Shown here piece by piece: positions 41,007-55,058 of a stretch of 64,000 nucleotides of DNA. The stretch is taken from assembly GCA_964016885.1 (NCBI GenBank), contig OZ024746.1, forward strand, positions 24,366,001 to 24,430,000, read 5' to 3'. Below the pieces are notes generated by a model. That model was given only the letters and a program-made list of their open reading frames with translations. It made no database searches and was not told the origin of the DNA. Made by a program: the position numbers and the translations under genes. This DNA comes from Eledone cirrhosa (taxonomy: Eukaryota). Every line of letters starts with the position of its first letter. Position 1 is the first letter of the stretch.

Positions 41007-41225
41007 ATAGGAACCAGTAAGACCCCGACGGCTGAGCTCAAGCTGTTTCGACGGCTAATTCTGGACTAAATGAAAATTTTCATTTAGTCCAGAATTAGCC
41101 GTCGAAACGGCTTGAGCTCAGCCGTCGGGGTCTTACTGGTTCCTATTACCCACTCTACTACCCTAAGTATTGAGTACTTTGGTGCGTTATGGTCCACCTG
41201 GTTCCTTACCACATTTCCTTCGTTA
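41007..41225 (+). mobile_element. Family P1 fold-back element
   Basis: About 70-bp arms meeting at gaaaattttc, with the same tail. Confidence 0.65.
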
Positions 41226-41367
41226 TATATATATATGCAAAAGTTCTATTTAAATTGTTGGGATACAACAAGCAAATATTTTTATAACTGATATAAAGTA
41301 CTCGACAAGTATTTGGAGTAGATATACGATATTAACAAATGGGAACTATATTTATAAAACCATATTT

Positions 41368-41432
41368 ATTTCATTATACATATTTCAAGGATACCAAGTT
41401 AAATTATGGTATGCCTTCATCAGACAAAATAC
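41368..41432 (-). ncRNA. Minimal hammerhead ribozyme (family of 6645)
   Basis: CTGATGA aggcatacca..tggtatcctt GAAA TATG TA. Confidence 0.72.
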
Positions 41433-41654
41433 AATATATACCAGTTTTATAAATAAACATTGACGTACCGTTACTTTTGGAAGACATCAGGATAGTGGTT
41501 TGTTATTTGTTTTGTAAGATTTTTTATCTGAAAAGGTATGTTGAAACAAATATTGTTATACTTTGGGAAGGTCATGTTGCCAATAAAAACACACGTACCT
41601 GTCGGTTTTCACTTTAATATTATAATTTTCCATCAGTTAGTTGAATAACCGTTG

Positions 41655-42115
41655 AATAATAATTGTTTCTACTTTTGGCACAAGGCCAGCAATTATTCCA
41701 GTGTATTACAGGTACTTTATTTTATCGACCCCGTAAGGATGAAAGGCAAAGTTAACCTCGGCGGGATTTGAACTCAGACCACAAAGGGCCGTAACTCTAT
41801 GCATCAAAGCATGGTGTCCGACCCCTGAATAATAATTGTTTCTACGTTAGGCACAAGGCCAGCAATTACCTAGTACATTACTGGTACTTTATTTTACCGA
41901 CCCTGTAAGGATAAAAGGCAAATAATAATTGTTTCTATTTTAGGCACAAGGCCAGCAATTACTCAGTACATTACTGGTACTTTATTTTATCGACCCCCGT
42001 AAGGGTGAAAGGCAAAGTTAACCTCGGCGGGATTTGAACTCAGATCATAAAGGGACGTAACTCTGTGCTTCAAAGCATGGTGTCCGACTCTCTACCGATA
42101 CTGCCAATCCACCAA
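41655..42115 (-). mobile_element. Head-to-tail trimer of SINE family A
   Basis: Three aataattgtttcta..ggcacaaggccagc units, two of them truncated. Confidence 0.85.
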
Positions 42116-42343
42116 TAGTTGTTGATTGTCAAAGCTCATTTGTCCCGCATTCTGTGACCTACTCAGTGATTACCTCTGTGTCTCTTTGATCGGTTTTACA
42201 CCATTTTGTCTTTGTGAACTGTGCATGTGGACAGCGCATGCGTTACATCCGGGTGTGTGTTTTATATTTTTATTTTATTCTTTCTTTATTTATTCTCTCT
42301 TCTCTTTCCTACATGTTACAAGTTGGTTACTTGTTCTATCTGT

Positions 42344-42761
<418 letters not shown>

Positions 42762-42941
42762 TGGAAAACGTAATAGAAACGCAAACTAAGGACAATTCCA
42801 ACTTTTTTTCCTGTCTGCAGTGTCTGTGTGTGATACTATTTTAATCTTCATATTTTTTGCCATTTATATATGGTGTTGATGTGAGTGTTGTCAGTGGTGA
42901 AAGTGTTGGTAGTGGTGTTGGTTATGGTGATTTTGTTTTAA

Positions 42942-42973
<32 letters not shown>

Positions 42974-43046
42974 CTAGTAGTAGTAGTAGTAGTAGACGTC
43001 TATTACGTGACAAGACAAATAAGAATTACCATATAATCACACACAG

Positions 43047-43085
<39 letters not shown>

Positions 43086-43132
43086 GAATACTGTTAGCTT
43101 CTCGCTAAAACAATTTCTATACCTTTCATTTA

Positions 43133-43209
<77 letters not shown>

Positions 43210-44194
43210 TTTTTTTTTGTCTTGACACGATTCCTGAAGTTGTTGTCTTGAAAGTAATAACAGAAGAATATTTTATCGCTTCACCATTTATTTATTTATT
43301 AGTTATAGTGATGGTAGGAATACCAGAATACCAGAATACCAGAACTCCAGCTCTAACAACAAAGAAATGGTTTTCCCATAAAATGTTAAAATGTTTCAAA
43401 AATTTAAGTGAAATGAATTCAGATCAATATATGAGCAATTAAGAATTTTCTTGAAACAGAAAAAAAGATTTTTCTTATATAAATCTACATAAATTAAAGA
43501 AGAAAAAGAAGGAACGTAGTAGCAGGCATGCCTGGCTGGTTAAGATGTTTATTTCGCAATCACATGTTTCTGGGTTCGATCCTCCATTGAGATGATCACG
43601 GCTAGAATGACTTGACTATAGATCTGCCCAATAAATGTTGATATTCGGCTAAACAACAACAATGGCAACAACAAAAATAACAGCAGCAACACTAACAGCA
43701 ACAACAACAACTATAACAGCAACAGTAGCAACAACAGCAACAATAACATCAACAATAGCACTAGTAGCAACAGAAACAACAACAATAGCAGCAACCCTGT
43801 AGGATGAAAAGGGCAAAGTTGACCTCCGCGAGATTTGAACTCAGAAAGTTAAAGGTCAGAACAAATACCGCAATGGTATTTTATCCGACGATCTACTGAT
43901 TCTGTCAATCCACCACTCTCAATAATGGTTTTTGACGAGGGGGCAATCGATTAAATCGATCTCAATACTTAACTGGTACTTTATCTTACTGAAAAGGTGA
44001 AAGACAAAGGTGACCGTGGTAGGATTTGAACTCAAGATGTAAAGAGCTGAAAGAAATACGGTTACGTAATCCAGTCCTAAAAATAATAGTTTCCATACTA
44101 AGCAAAATGCCAGCAATTTGTGGAGAGGGGAAAAGACGAGTATTTGACGGGTACTTTATTTTACGATAAAATAAAGAATGAAGAATCCAGTCAT

Positions 44195-44560
44195 TGGAGC
44201 ACAAATGTTTCAGAAGGTCGCTTCACATCCCATACACAGAACACAAAACAGTTTTGTCAGGCAGCAAGTTAGTAAATATGCTGACAGACAGCAACCACTC
44301 CCTGTGATGGTGAAAAGACGGAAGCTTGCCTGGTATGGCCATGTATCCTGCCACAACTCCTTGTTTAAAACCATCGGGACACAGTCGTGGGAAAAGGCAG
44401 ACTAAGAAAATCCTGGTCTGACAACATCAAAAGCTGGAGGACAGGTCACAACACTGAGACCATTCTATGTATGACAGAGGATAGATACTAATGGTGACGA
44501 CTGACTGCAAAAGGGTCTAGAGTGGCACCCCAATGACTGGCTGTACCGGGAACATCATGA
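44195..44560 (+). mobile_element. RTE LINE 3' fragment
   Basis: VKRRKLAWYGHVSCHNSLFKTI motif. Other RTE pieces lie at about 30840-31130 and 53600-53830. Confidence 0.6.
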
Positions 44561-45526
44561 TCTCTAGCTTTATTCTATAAGACTATCTATAACAAAATAT
44601 ATTACACACACTGACGTTATATTTAAAAACAATATCTATAATTTCATTTCATAAAAGTATCTCTAGCTTTATTCTACAAGACTATCTATAACGAAATATA
44701 TTACACACTACTTATGACTTTGAGATTGTAATATAGAAGAGCGGGAAACTGATTGATTTAGCTGATCTCTGCTATACGAAAACTAACTTCATATGAATAC
44801 CAAGACATGTGACAGGGGCTAGATTAATGAGTTATTGAGATTCCTAGCTCTGCATCAGTGGATATTCTGGGGTTGGATATTGGTTATGACATTTAAAGTA
44901 GGCACTTAAGGGAATTGAAGAAACTGAAGTGCTATGAAAGCGCAATATCACACAATATGTACAATACTTGATCAAATTTAGATGAAATGGATGTCGAAAA
45001 CAATGAGCAGTAATAGATTTCTCGCTTTTTCTCTCTCTTTTATCAGTTTGTCGATACAAAATTAAATTTTTTTTTCAGAGTTTATAATCATCTATTTAAT
45101 ATTGGAATGTTTTAACGATTTGGCTGTCATAAAATCATAGAAGTTTACTACGTTCTTATATAAGAGAATATCTCTCATCTTCAATGGTTCTGCCAAATAA
45201 ATTACAGTCGGCTTTTGGTGTGTAATATTTGACGAATATTCTATAAAATTAGTCTGCTAAGTTGATAATGTTTCTTTATTACATGAAGAAAACGCTTCAT
45301 TCACTGCCAAATCGAAACTAATTACACACGTTATTTTCCCCGTAGATTGAAAAATTATTAGAAAAAAGGAAATAAAGAGGAATATTCCATTCTATCGAGA
45401 TATTTCACAGAAACGAATAACCAATTTATTGATCTTTGTTTTGAATATCATAAATATGAAGGAATGGCAGAATCGTTTACTCTTTTCATACCAACCCAGA
45501 TAAAACTGTCCATTGTAAACAGTTCC

Positions 45527-45727
45527 TACGAGGGTCGGCTGAAAAGTTCATAGGCTGACTATGAAGGAGTGATGCTAGAGATATGAAATTTTGCATGCAT
45601 TAATTTCAACTCTTCTTAATAATAACTACATTGTTTCTTTCCAGGGACTCTATTGAAAAGTAAACTTCATTTGGTCATGCCATGAGAGTATTTTGGTCAG
45701 CCTATGAACTTTTCAGCCGATCCTGAT
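45527..45727. mobile_element. Mariner-type MITE (same family)
   Basis: Left TIR intact, same interior. Confidence 0.85.
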
Positions 45728-46582
45728 GAAAGAAAACCACCCATTTTAAACGGTTTTTATTGAAATAAAAATCTTCCAGTCCGAATCGATGCTACCATTA
45801 AGGGTAACAAGGTAACACCTAAGACGCAGGCCTCAGAGAGGAACATTACTGAACCTTAAAGGATCACAGTTTTATTAAATATATTATAATTTGCTGTGAT
45901 CAATAAATAAATCACTAAACATTTTTGCCTTATAGCAGTGTTGTGGAAATATCCAAAGTGGTGGAAAGATTCATGTCATGATGTGTCACATAATGTGGCG
46001 TGGGTGTGTGTGGACTGTGTAATGGAAAATGCAGGCTTAGCAATTTTGTTAGTTTCGTCAGAGCAAGAAATGTTAATAACATGGTTTATTAGATCACAAA
46101 ACTAAGTTGAATGTCACGAGAAAAACACCCAGTCCAACATGTAAGGTGGTCGTGTTGGTGTGATAATCTAATCTGGCACGTGATTTGGCATGGGTGAGTG
46201 TGGACTGTGTAGTGGAAATGCAGGCGTAATAATTTTCTAAGTATGACCAGAGCAAGAAGTGTCACAAACTAGGTATATTCTTGTTTTGTTTTAGGTTCGT
46301 CACTGATACTTTATTTATCGACTTCGAGAGGCTGAAAGGCAAAGTTTGCCTCGGCGGGATTTAAACTTAGAACGTAGTGAGCCGGAAGAAACACCGACGC
46401 ATTTTCAATCCGTTCTAATGACTCCGCCAATTCCCCGTCTTTTAAATCACACTCTACTCTCTTTTTAAAAAAAACATCGCACTGAACAACATTCTCTGAT
46501 GCACAAAATACTGTTAGAGTGTTGTATTTAATTACACACCTTTATAGTCTGTGTTCTAATCCTCTCTCTCTCTCTCTCTCTC

Positions 46583-46622
<40 letters not shown>

Positions 46623-49600
46623 CATACAAGCGCTGCCATGTCTTCCATGATTTCAGCAGTGTTGAGTTCACAAAAAGCTAGGAACCGACTTCGCGTTCTT
46701 TAAACTTCAGGTGGGAAAATCACACCAGCTATAAAAGTAACCAACATACTAACACAACCAGAGAGGGCTCTTGTCATTCAGCAAAACTTAAACCAACGGC
46801 TTCCTCCTCTGCAACAACGACACTACTTTAGCTTATCTATTACAACTCGAACAATAAGACATAGCAAACACGAATTCTTAAATATTCAATGACGCAACTA
46901 ATTGTGTTAATGATTCAACTATATCTTATCACGAATAGGTTTTACAGAAATCACATCTGTGTTCTTGTGGAGACTACTCAGAAACTCTGACATTAATTGT
47001 TTTAATGTAAATTAAATATCATTCTGAGAGAGAGGCTATCTTAAAGTTCGTCTTTAAAAAAGATCACCAATGTTGGAGGCGACGCCATATATTGTCAGCC
47101 ATTAACAAGGTTTTTCCTGCACATTGCAGCTACGAAAAAATTCAATAACAGAAATTTTAACTGCTATATAGCTGCTCTTATTTTTACCCTTTCTTCCCTT
47201 ATTTCTGTTTCTTTTACCCCCGTTTTCTTTCTTGATTTTAAAGGGAATTATATATCTATCCCAGTCTGTCATAGCTTACTGACTCTACGGACTTTTGAAT
47301 TGATTAATTGAACAGACAATAAAAAATACTCTTCGTGTTGATATTTCTTGTATGTAATCTGCAATCAGTAACTTTTAGTTCTTTAAGTGGAACATTTCAC
47401 CATGTTCTCACAGTGAAACAACTCCTATATCGATTCGTCAAAATCGATTGATTTTATCAGAAGAAAATATATGAATTGTAATTCGTAACACTGACGATGA
47501 CTTCTTTACTTCTTGTCTTTCACGGACAATATTTGTATTACAATTTCTATGGAGACTTCCGGAATTCTTGGTCCACCGACTACATCCCTACTATCGGAAT
47601 GCCGCTGGTTACCCGCAAGTGTAAGCTCCGCGATGTGGAGTGGCTGTTCCAGCGCGTCTCTCTCGCCATCCTCTGAAGCAATGTTTTCTCTATCCTGTCT
47701 GCCGGGAACACGACACACCCGACATAGAGCAGAAGTAATGTGACAGTCTTCAAACGAAGGGGTTAATACTGCTCACACACACGACAATTTATAAGATATG
47801 TACACATATGACATATAAAATATATACAAATATACCATATATAGAATATATATATATACCTGTAATTCAATGGGTCAGCCTTGTTGTCGCATACTTTGTC
47901 ACACTAAATTTGCTTGAGAATTATATTAAGGGTGCACCTGTCTGTGGAATTTTCAGCCACTTAGACGTTAATTTCATTGATCGAACGACTAAACATTCAT
48001 CGTCGAAACTGATGGAGGTCCTTTCCAGATCTATATGCCATCCCCACCCACCCCGTTATTTATAAGACGTGTATATGTATCATTGTTCCATACTGTCCAG
48101 CCAAAGGAGGAGAGGTCCCCTTCTTTTTTCCCCCCACTTCCCGTTTGTAAATATGTATGGGTAATAGAAGTAGGCTTCAACCAAGTGACGTGACATTGGC
48201 TCTGGCTGTCCCCTTCAATAAAAATAACATACCTTTAACTACAACAAACACACGCAAATAAAGTAACCACCGCCAGGTGCGGTCCCCTCACTAGTTTTAA
48301 TTCCTTTTTAAAATCAAATGTATTTTTTATAAAGATAACGAATTGGTAGAGTTGTTAGTACGTAGAACTAAATATCTTTCCGTGTCTATTCCGCCGGTCT
48401 TTGATCTGAGTTCAAATGTCTCCGTGCAGAATTATGATCAAAAACATTCTCTCCGTGACCATTACATAGTGTATGTTTATTACTATATTATCCAACGCGT
48501 CCTGCCTCTTCTAAGTCAGTATGATGTAATTTGAAGGAGTATTTGACTACTATTTCTAACAGATTAAATGACCACATAATAACCTTTTACCAGACATGGC
48601 TTTATAGTTAAGACGCTCAATATCTGAAGTAAAAGAATAAGGAATTCATTTCTCAATACTGATGAAGATTTAGCAGAGTTCATCCTACTTAGTAATTTAG
48701 TTCCCAAGAGTTGTTCCCCTTAGATCGTATAGAAATATGAAATTGTGATTTATAGAGTCGTTACAATTTATAATAATTGTTTCTACTTTTGACATAAGGC
48801 CAGCAATAACTCAGTGCATTACTGGTACTTTATTTTATCGACCCCGTAAGGATGAAAGGCAAAGCAAAGTTAACTTCGGCGGGATTTGAACTCAGAATGG
48901 AAATGGCCGTAACTCTATGCATCAAAGCATGGCGTCCGACCCTCTGCCGATACTGCCAATCCAATGAGTGGAGGTAGAATGAACGAATGGTTGAGGAGTT
49001 TTCTTCTCAATCATAAGGTCCCAGGATCGATTTCATAGCGTGTAATCTTGGACACCTACAGACAACCAATGTCTTGTAAGTGAAATTGGGTAGACAGAAA
49101 CAGTTGAGAAACCCGTTGGAAAGTAAGTGCATCTATTTTCCATGTTTGCAGTGGATCCCAACCTTTTATGTACCATAGCCCAACTTAACATCTGCCTCCT
49201 TGATATGAAAACAGCGATGATCAACTGCAAAGTGTAAACAAATTGGCGTATAGGTGGTGACAGAAGCACAGTAACATCTGTAGACGTGAGACAGATGTTT
49301 CCGACAATAATGTGTACCAAAGTTGTTTTGGTGTAAAAGTAATAAGGTAAAACTTGAAGTTTGTTCTCATTAAAATAATTTTCAAATTGGCCAGATTCCC
49401 CCTAAAATATCAAAATTGTCAGCCTTATCATACGGTGTCACGTTGAATCTTCCTGAGAATTACGTTATGGGTACATGCTTAGACGTTAATTTCCCGTTAA
49501 ACCGACATTTATTTCTACAACAATGTGGAAAAAATGAAAAAGAAAAATTCCACAAAATCCCAGACATCATTCACTTATCGATTTGGGTAGAGCCCGTCAA

Positions 49601-49899
49601 AAAGGACCAAGGAAACAATGTTTCCATTGGTGATACTGTCTACCGATCACAACTCCTGGCAGAATGAGCAACGTGATACAAAGTGTTTTGCTCAGACATA
49701 ACGCACCGCCTGGTCAGGGAATCGAACTCACAACCTCACGATTGCGAATCCAATTCTATAACCACTAAGCCACGTGCCTTCCCACATACATATATATAAC
49801 AAAAAAAAAAAATTATTTCTCGTTCTAGCATAGCAGATACATAACTAAGTATGTATACGTACATTTTATTTATATATTTAGAGAGAGAGAGATTTTCCT

Positions 49900-51225
49900 A
49901 ATAATGGTTATGGTTTCTAATCTAGGCACAAGGCCAGCAATTTGAAGGAAAGACGAAAATCGATATGAACCCAAGAAGGATGACAAAGTTGACACATGGG
50001 ATTCGAACTCAGAATGTAAACAGTCAGAACAAATACCAGAAAGCATTTGTCGGATGCTCTAACAATTCTGCCAATCCAGCGTCCTTTCTGGTTAATAATG
50101 GTTTTTACTATAAGGCACAAGGCCAACGATTTGGTGGGGAGGGGAAAGTCGATTAAATCGACCTCGTAAGGCAAGGCTAACCTCGGCGGGACGTACCTCA
50201 ATGCCACAAAGCATGTCCTACGCTCTACTGATATTACCAATCCACTGCCCTCTTTCTGGTTAATAATAATTGTTTCTACTTGTTTGCACAAGGCCAACAA
50301 TTATCCCAGTGTATTACTGGTACTTTATTTTATCGGCCCCGTTAGGATGAAAGGCAAAGTTAACCTCGGCGGGATTTGAACTCAGTCCGTAAAGGGACGT
50401 AACCGTGCTGCAAAAATAATAATTGTTTCTACTTTTGGCACAAGGCCAGCAAATTAATCAGTACATTACTGGTACTTTATTTTATCGATCCCGTAAGGAT
50501 GAAAGGCAAAGTTAACCTCGGCGGGATTTGAACTCAGATCGTAAAGGGACGTAACTACGCTGGAAAGCATGTCTGGCCCTCTATCAATTCACCGCCAAAA
50601 AATAATAATTGTTTCTACGTTTGGCACAAGGCCAGCAATTACCCAGTGCATTACTGGTACTTTATTTTATCGACCCTGTAAGCATGAAAGGCAAAGTTAA
50701 CCTCGGCGGAATTTGAACTCAGAATGGCAAGGGTCGTAACTCTATACGTCAAAGCATGGTGTCCGACACTGCCAAAAAATAATAATGATTTCTACTATAG
50801 AGACAAAGCCAGCAATTTTGGAGAGGGGAAAGTCGATTAAATCAAACCCAATGCATTACTGAAACTTTATTTTATGGACATCGCAAGGATAAAAGGCAAA
50901 GCTAACCATAATAATAATAGTTTCTACTTTTGGCACAAGGTCAGCAATTATCACAGTGTATTACTGGTACTTTATTTTATCGAACCCGTAAGGATGAAAG
51001 GCAAAGTTCACCTCGGCGAGATATGAACTGACCATAAAGGGCTGTAACTCTTTGCTGCAAAGCATGGCGTCCATCCCTCTACCGATACTGCCAATCCACC
51101 GCCCCTCAAATAATTTGTTTCTACTTTTGGCACAAGGCCAGCAAATTATCCAATACATTACTGGTACTTTATTTTATTTTATAGACCCCGTAAGGATGAA
51201 AGGCAAAGTTGACCTTGGCGGGAAA
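49900..51225 (-). mobile_element. Head-to-tail chain of about 8 SINE family A copies
   Basis: Unit tails at about 49900, 50093, 50260, 50415, 50600, 50778, 50908 and 51108, with variable 5' truncation. Confidence 0.88.
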
Positions 51226-54200
51226 TACTGATGAAAAGTTCTGATACTAACCAGACCGAGATGTTTCTAGTTGAAGAGACAGGAACATATACTCTTCTAC
51301 CACTGATGTAGGTGCCCTGGAAGTTAATCTGTTGTCCTAGATAGATACCGTGAGTAGCTATAGTCTACTGTTGTAAGCAATCATTGCAGTTTCATTAGCC
51401 CATAGTATTAAATTTCAACAGCAAGCCACTTCGTGTCTCCTCCCGAAGTTGGGTCACCAAAACATTAAAACAGGAATAAATTGAGTTAAAGGGAGGAAAC
51501 TTAGATAATTCCAATACGTGGCATAGGAAATGTTTAGTATTTTATTTTATTGTAAATCTTTTGATTTAGGCACAAGACCAACAATTTTTATGGAGGGAAA
51601 GTCGATTAAAACAACCCCGTAAGGATGAAAGACAAAGCTAATGTCGGCGGGATTTGAACTCAGAACTACAACTAAACGCCACAAGCATATTGTCCAACGC
51701 TCTACTGATATTGCCAGTCCACCACCCTTACTATAGAACTATAATAATAATTTTTAAAAAATAACCATCTTTTAGGCACATTACTTAATAGGCTCTTCCT
51801 TTTTCAAGGCTGTGGTGTGAGGAGGAAGATTTGGATGGTGGTGGTGAAAGCAGACCTCAGGAGGCTGAACCTCACAAAAATGACAAAGGAAAGAAACAAG
51901 GAGGGATGCTGTAATGGAAAAGGCTCATCTAAGCCATGCAAACATTGGAAGACATAACACTACCACAGTGGCAACTGTAATAAGAACACAAAGTTATAGA
52001 TGAAATATGTTTTATAATAAACAAAAAATAAGAGGAATAGGCAATAAAAATGTTTCATATATTACAATTGACAATTAACACGTTTGTTCCCAATTAACAG
52101 GATACTTAACCTGTTTATATAATGATGTCATAACTCAGTCTTTATAGCACACACACATATACACACCATAAGTTATTGTCTTTATATAATTACACATATA
52201 TCATAACCCGTTGTCTTTATATAATAACTTATGTCATAACACCCACACACCTCATAACCCATTGTCATTTCAGCAGCAAAGAAATACAAACGAAAAAGAA
52301 TCATGGTTAATGGGAACAGAAATGGCTGCTTGGTTAAGAAGTTTGCTTCACAATTACATGGTTTAGGGTTCAACTGCTGGCACCCTTGGTCAAATGTCTT
52401 TTAACCAGAGCTTCAGGTCAACTGAAAACTCATGAGCGATATTTGGTGGTGGATGGAAACTGTGTGGAAGCCCATTGGAAGGCCTGTTTCTGTTTGGTGA
52501 TATGGTAGACTTAATGTGTTACTGATTTAACACTACCATCACCTAGCATTTGGGAACCTTTAGCAGAACCCACAGTTGCATTTGGACAAGGATTTTTGTC
52601 TGTGAATACCTTTATCACACCTGTCATGGAGGCCCTTAAAGGGATCATGAGTATGGCCCAAACCCTTCACACTGATTAAGCTATATATACAAATGATATA
52701 ACAGTCACTAGCCACAAGAGAAATGTGTTTTGTACAGCAATGGTTTGAAGAAAATATGTTGAATTTTAAATATCAGAAACAACTGAATATTACAATAATT
52801 TACTAATAATCCCATATCATTGAAGGAAAGGAAAGGAGTGGATCACTAAATTGGACCAAAGAAACTGTTTCTTTTGGTCTTTCCATAGCTGCTACTATCT
52901 GCCTGTCACAACTCATGGCAGGAGCAGATGGGATTTGAAATCAGGATGTTCAGAGCTGGATCAGATACTTTAAAATATAACGTCACACTTTAACAATTCC
53001 ACCAATCCACTAGCTCTAAATTGGAAATTTATTTATAAACCCTGGAACAAATGCCAATGTTCAATTCATTGCTAATTCACTGTCAAATATAACACTGAAA
53101 TGTTTTCAAAAACTTGGGAATTGATTCAGGTCCAAAGAATATTCCAGAATTATATTTCTTTTAGTCAGAAACCCAAGTTATAAAAAGTAATAAAAACCAC
53201 ATACTAAGTACCCTTCAGTTAAACAACTAGTTTGTACTAGGACAATTAGTGTTGTTATAGCACACACCTATGTAGATTTAGCTGACTTCCTCAAGGTGTT
53301 TTAATGATAGGGGTTCTAGTTCTGTCATGTTACAGCTCACAGCTATAAGTCAAGCTGGCCATGTACGAGTTGTTATAAAGATAGGGGTCCCTGATCTATT
53401 GTTGTTGTTGCTACAGCTCACTTTCGTAGGTTTAGCTAGCTTCCCACATGGGCTCCAGTCACTCTTCCCTGGACTGGCTGCTTCTGGTACTCATGTTTTA
53501 GGATCTGCAGGCCTTCAACAAAGTCCCAGCAATGTGGACCACTTTGTGTCCATGATGGAATGGAAGGTTGGGTGAACCATCAGGGCACCTTCTCGGATCA
53601 TTTTCCACTCACCAGTGGTCTCAAGCAGGGCTGTGAGTTGGCTCTCATACTTTTCTCCCTATACCACTCCCATGATTAACACGATACCCCTTGACAGCAC
53701 TGGCATTGACATCAGATATAGATTCAATGGCAGACTCTTCATCCTCGCTCTCATACAAGGAGTACCATCGCCCACGTGCAAGACTTCAGTATGCCGACTA
53801 TAATGTGACTGCGGACCAGACTACTATCAACTTGTACAACAAGGCTTACAAACGTTCAAGGCAATTCTGAAATTAGGTGTGCCATTCAGAAAGCATGTGG
53901 CTTGTGGACCGCAGCTTGCCCATGGCTGGTATATACCATTAAAAACTGACAGTTTTGTTTTGGGACATTTGTATTTCGTTAAAGAACCCCCCACCCCTCC
54001 TAATGAACCATAATTGAAATAGGAATGAAACTTAGTGTCAATGAATGTTATGTACACTGTTTATATTATTGTCAATTTCTACTGTTCTCACTCTACATTA
54101 CTATAAAGAAACAGCAGCTAGTATTGTTTCTAATATATGTCACATTTAACCCTTTCATTACCATTTTTCTAATGAAATATACTATTTCTAACATTAATAT

Positions 54201-55058
54201 TTTCATTACTAAGAAAGTAATTTAATGGGTTTTTTTTTTATATATAACATTATGCTGGAAGATTTTAATTTTAACAAGAGCCCTTTAACCCTTTACTCTA
54301 TATTTTCTTGGTAAAGGCTTTATCTCACATAATATCAAATCTATGAGATTTTGATATTTATTTTAAGAACAATACCATATCAGTATGAGCAGCTGGTTTG
54401 AACAGAAAGAGGTGAAAGAATTCTGGCAGGATATGGCCAGTTTAAAATGCTTGTTTCTGTTTCATAAAACCAGAACTGGTAACAAAAAAGTTAAAACATC
54501 TACAATAAAATTTTCACTGTAATCATGTTAAAACTAATTTGACATTGAAATCTTCAGTAGCTGATGTAAGCTAGGGCAGAGAAATCCAAAACCCAGGTTT
54601 ATCCACCTCACTGTATTCTTATTTTTTCACAAATATTCCAACATTCATTAAACATTTTTTTCCTCTTTTTCAGTATCAAAAATTTTTCACCATATCATTA
54701 TCCTTTTCAACAGAGAAAAACGTAAAAATAAATTTCATCTTTGATTCTTCCGTATGAAAGAAACGCAGGCTTATCTATATTTTTAATGATTTGGCTAGGT
54801 TAAACCTAGCTGTAAATTTACCTGTACCAGTGGCAGATATTTCATTTGTGCCCCTATACTCAGTTTACAGTGTATATATACAATTTAGAATAAGTACACC
54901 ATTATCCCCACATGTCATGATAGGTGACTAAATGGAATTAGCATCAGGAGGAGCACCCTGTCATGTCATAAGACATTATTTCAAAAAGGAGCTCCCATAA
55001 TAAGCATGTAACCTTTGATGAGACCCACATGGCTAATCCTTGCTGCTGACCTCGATAC

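Noticed and set aside
44560-46275. Short local direct duplications (44560-44710, 45995-46275; also 27620-27885 and 19200-19440)
   Set aside because: Ordinary diverged tandem duplications with no additional structure.
47506-47743. Overlapping 70- and 76-aa ORFs as protein genes
   Set aside because: No recognisable domain or splice support. More likely UTR or regulatory sequence.
49900-51225. CRISPR-like regular repeats
   Set aside because: Units are 150-200-bp SINE copies with no unique spacers and no cas genes, in a eukaryotic context.
54940-54980. SECIS-like ATGA...GA in the zinc-finger 3' UTR (selenocysteine explanation for the UGA)
   Set aside because: The helix is too short and has no apical AA motif, and the UGA is not in a redox-like context. 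Not formally excluded without a SECISearch run.
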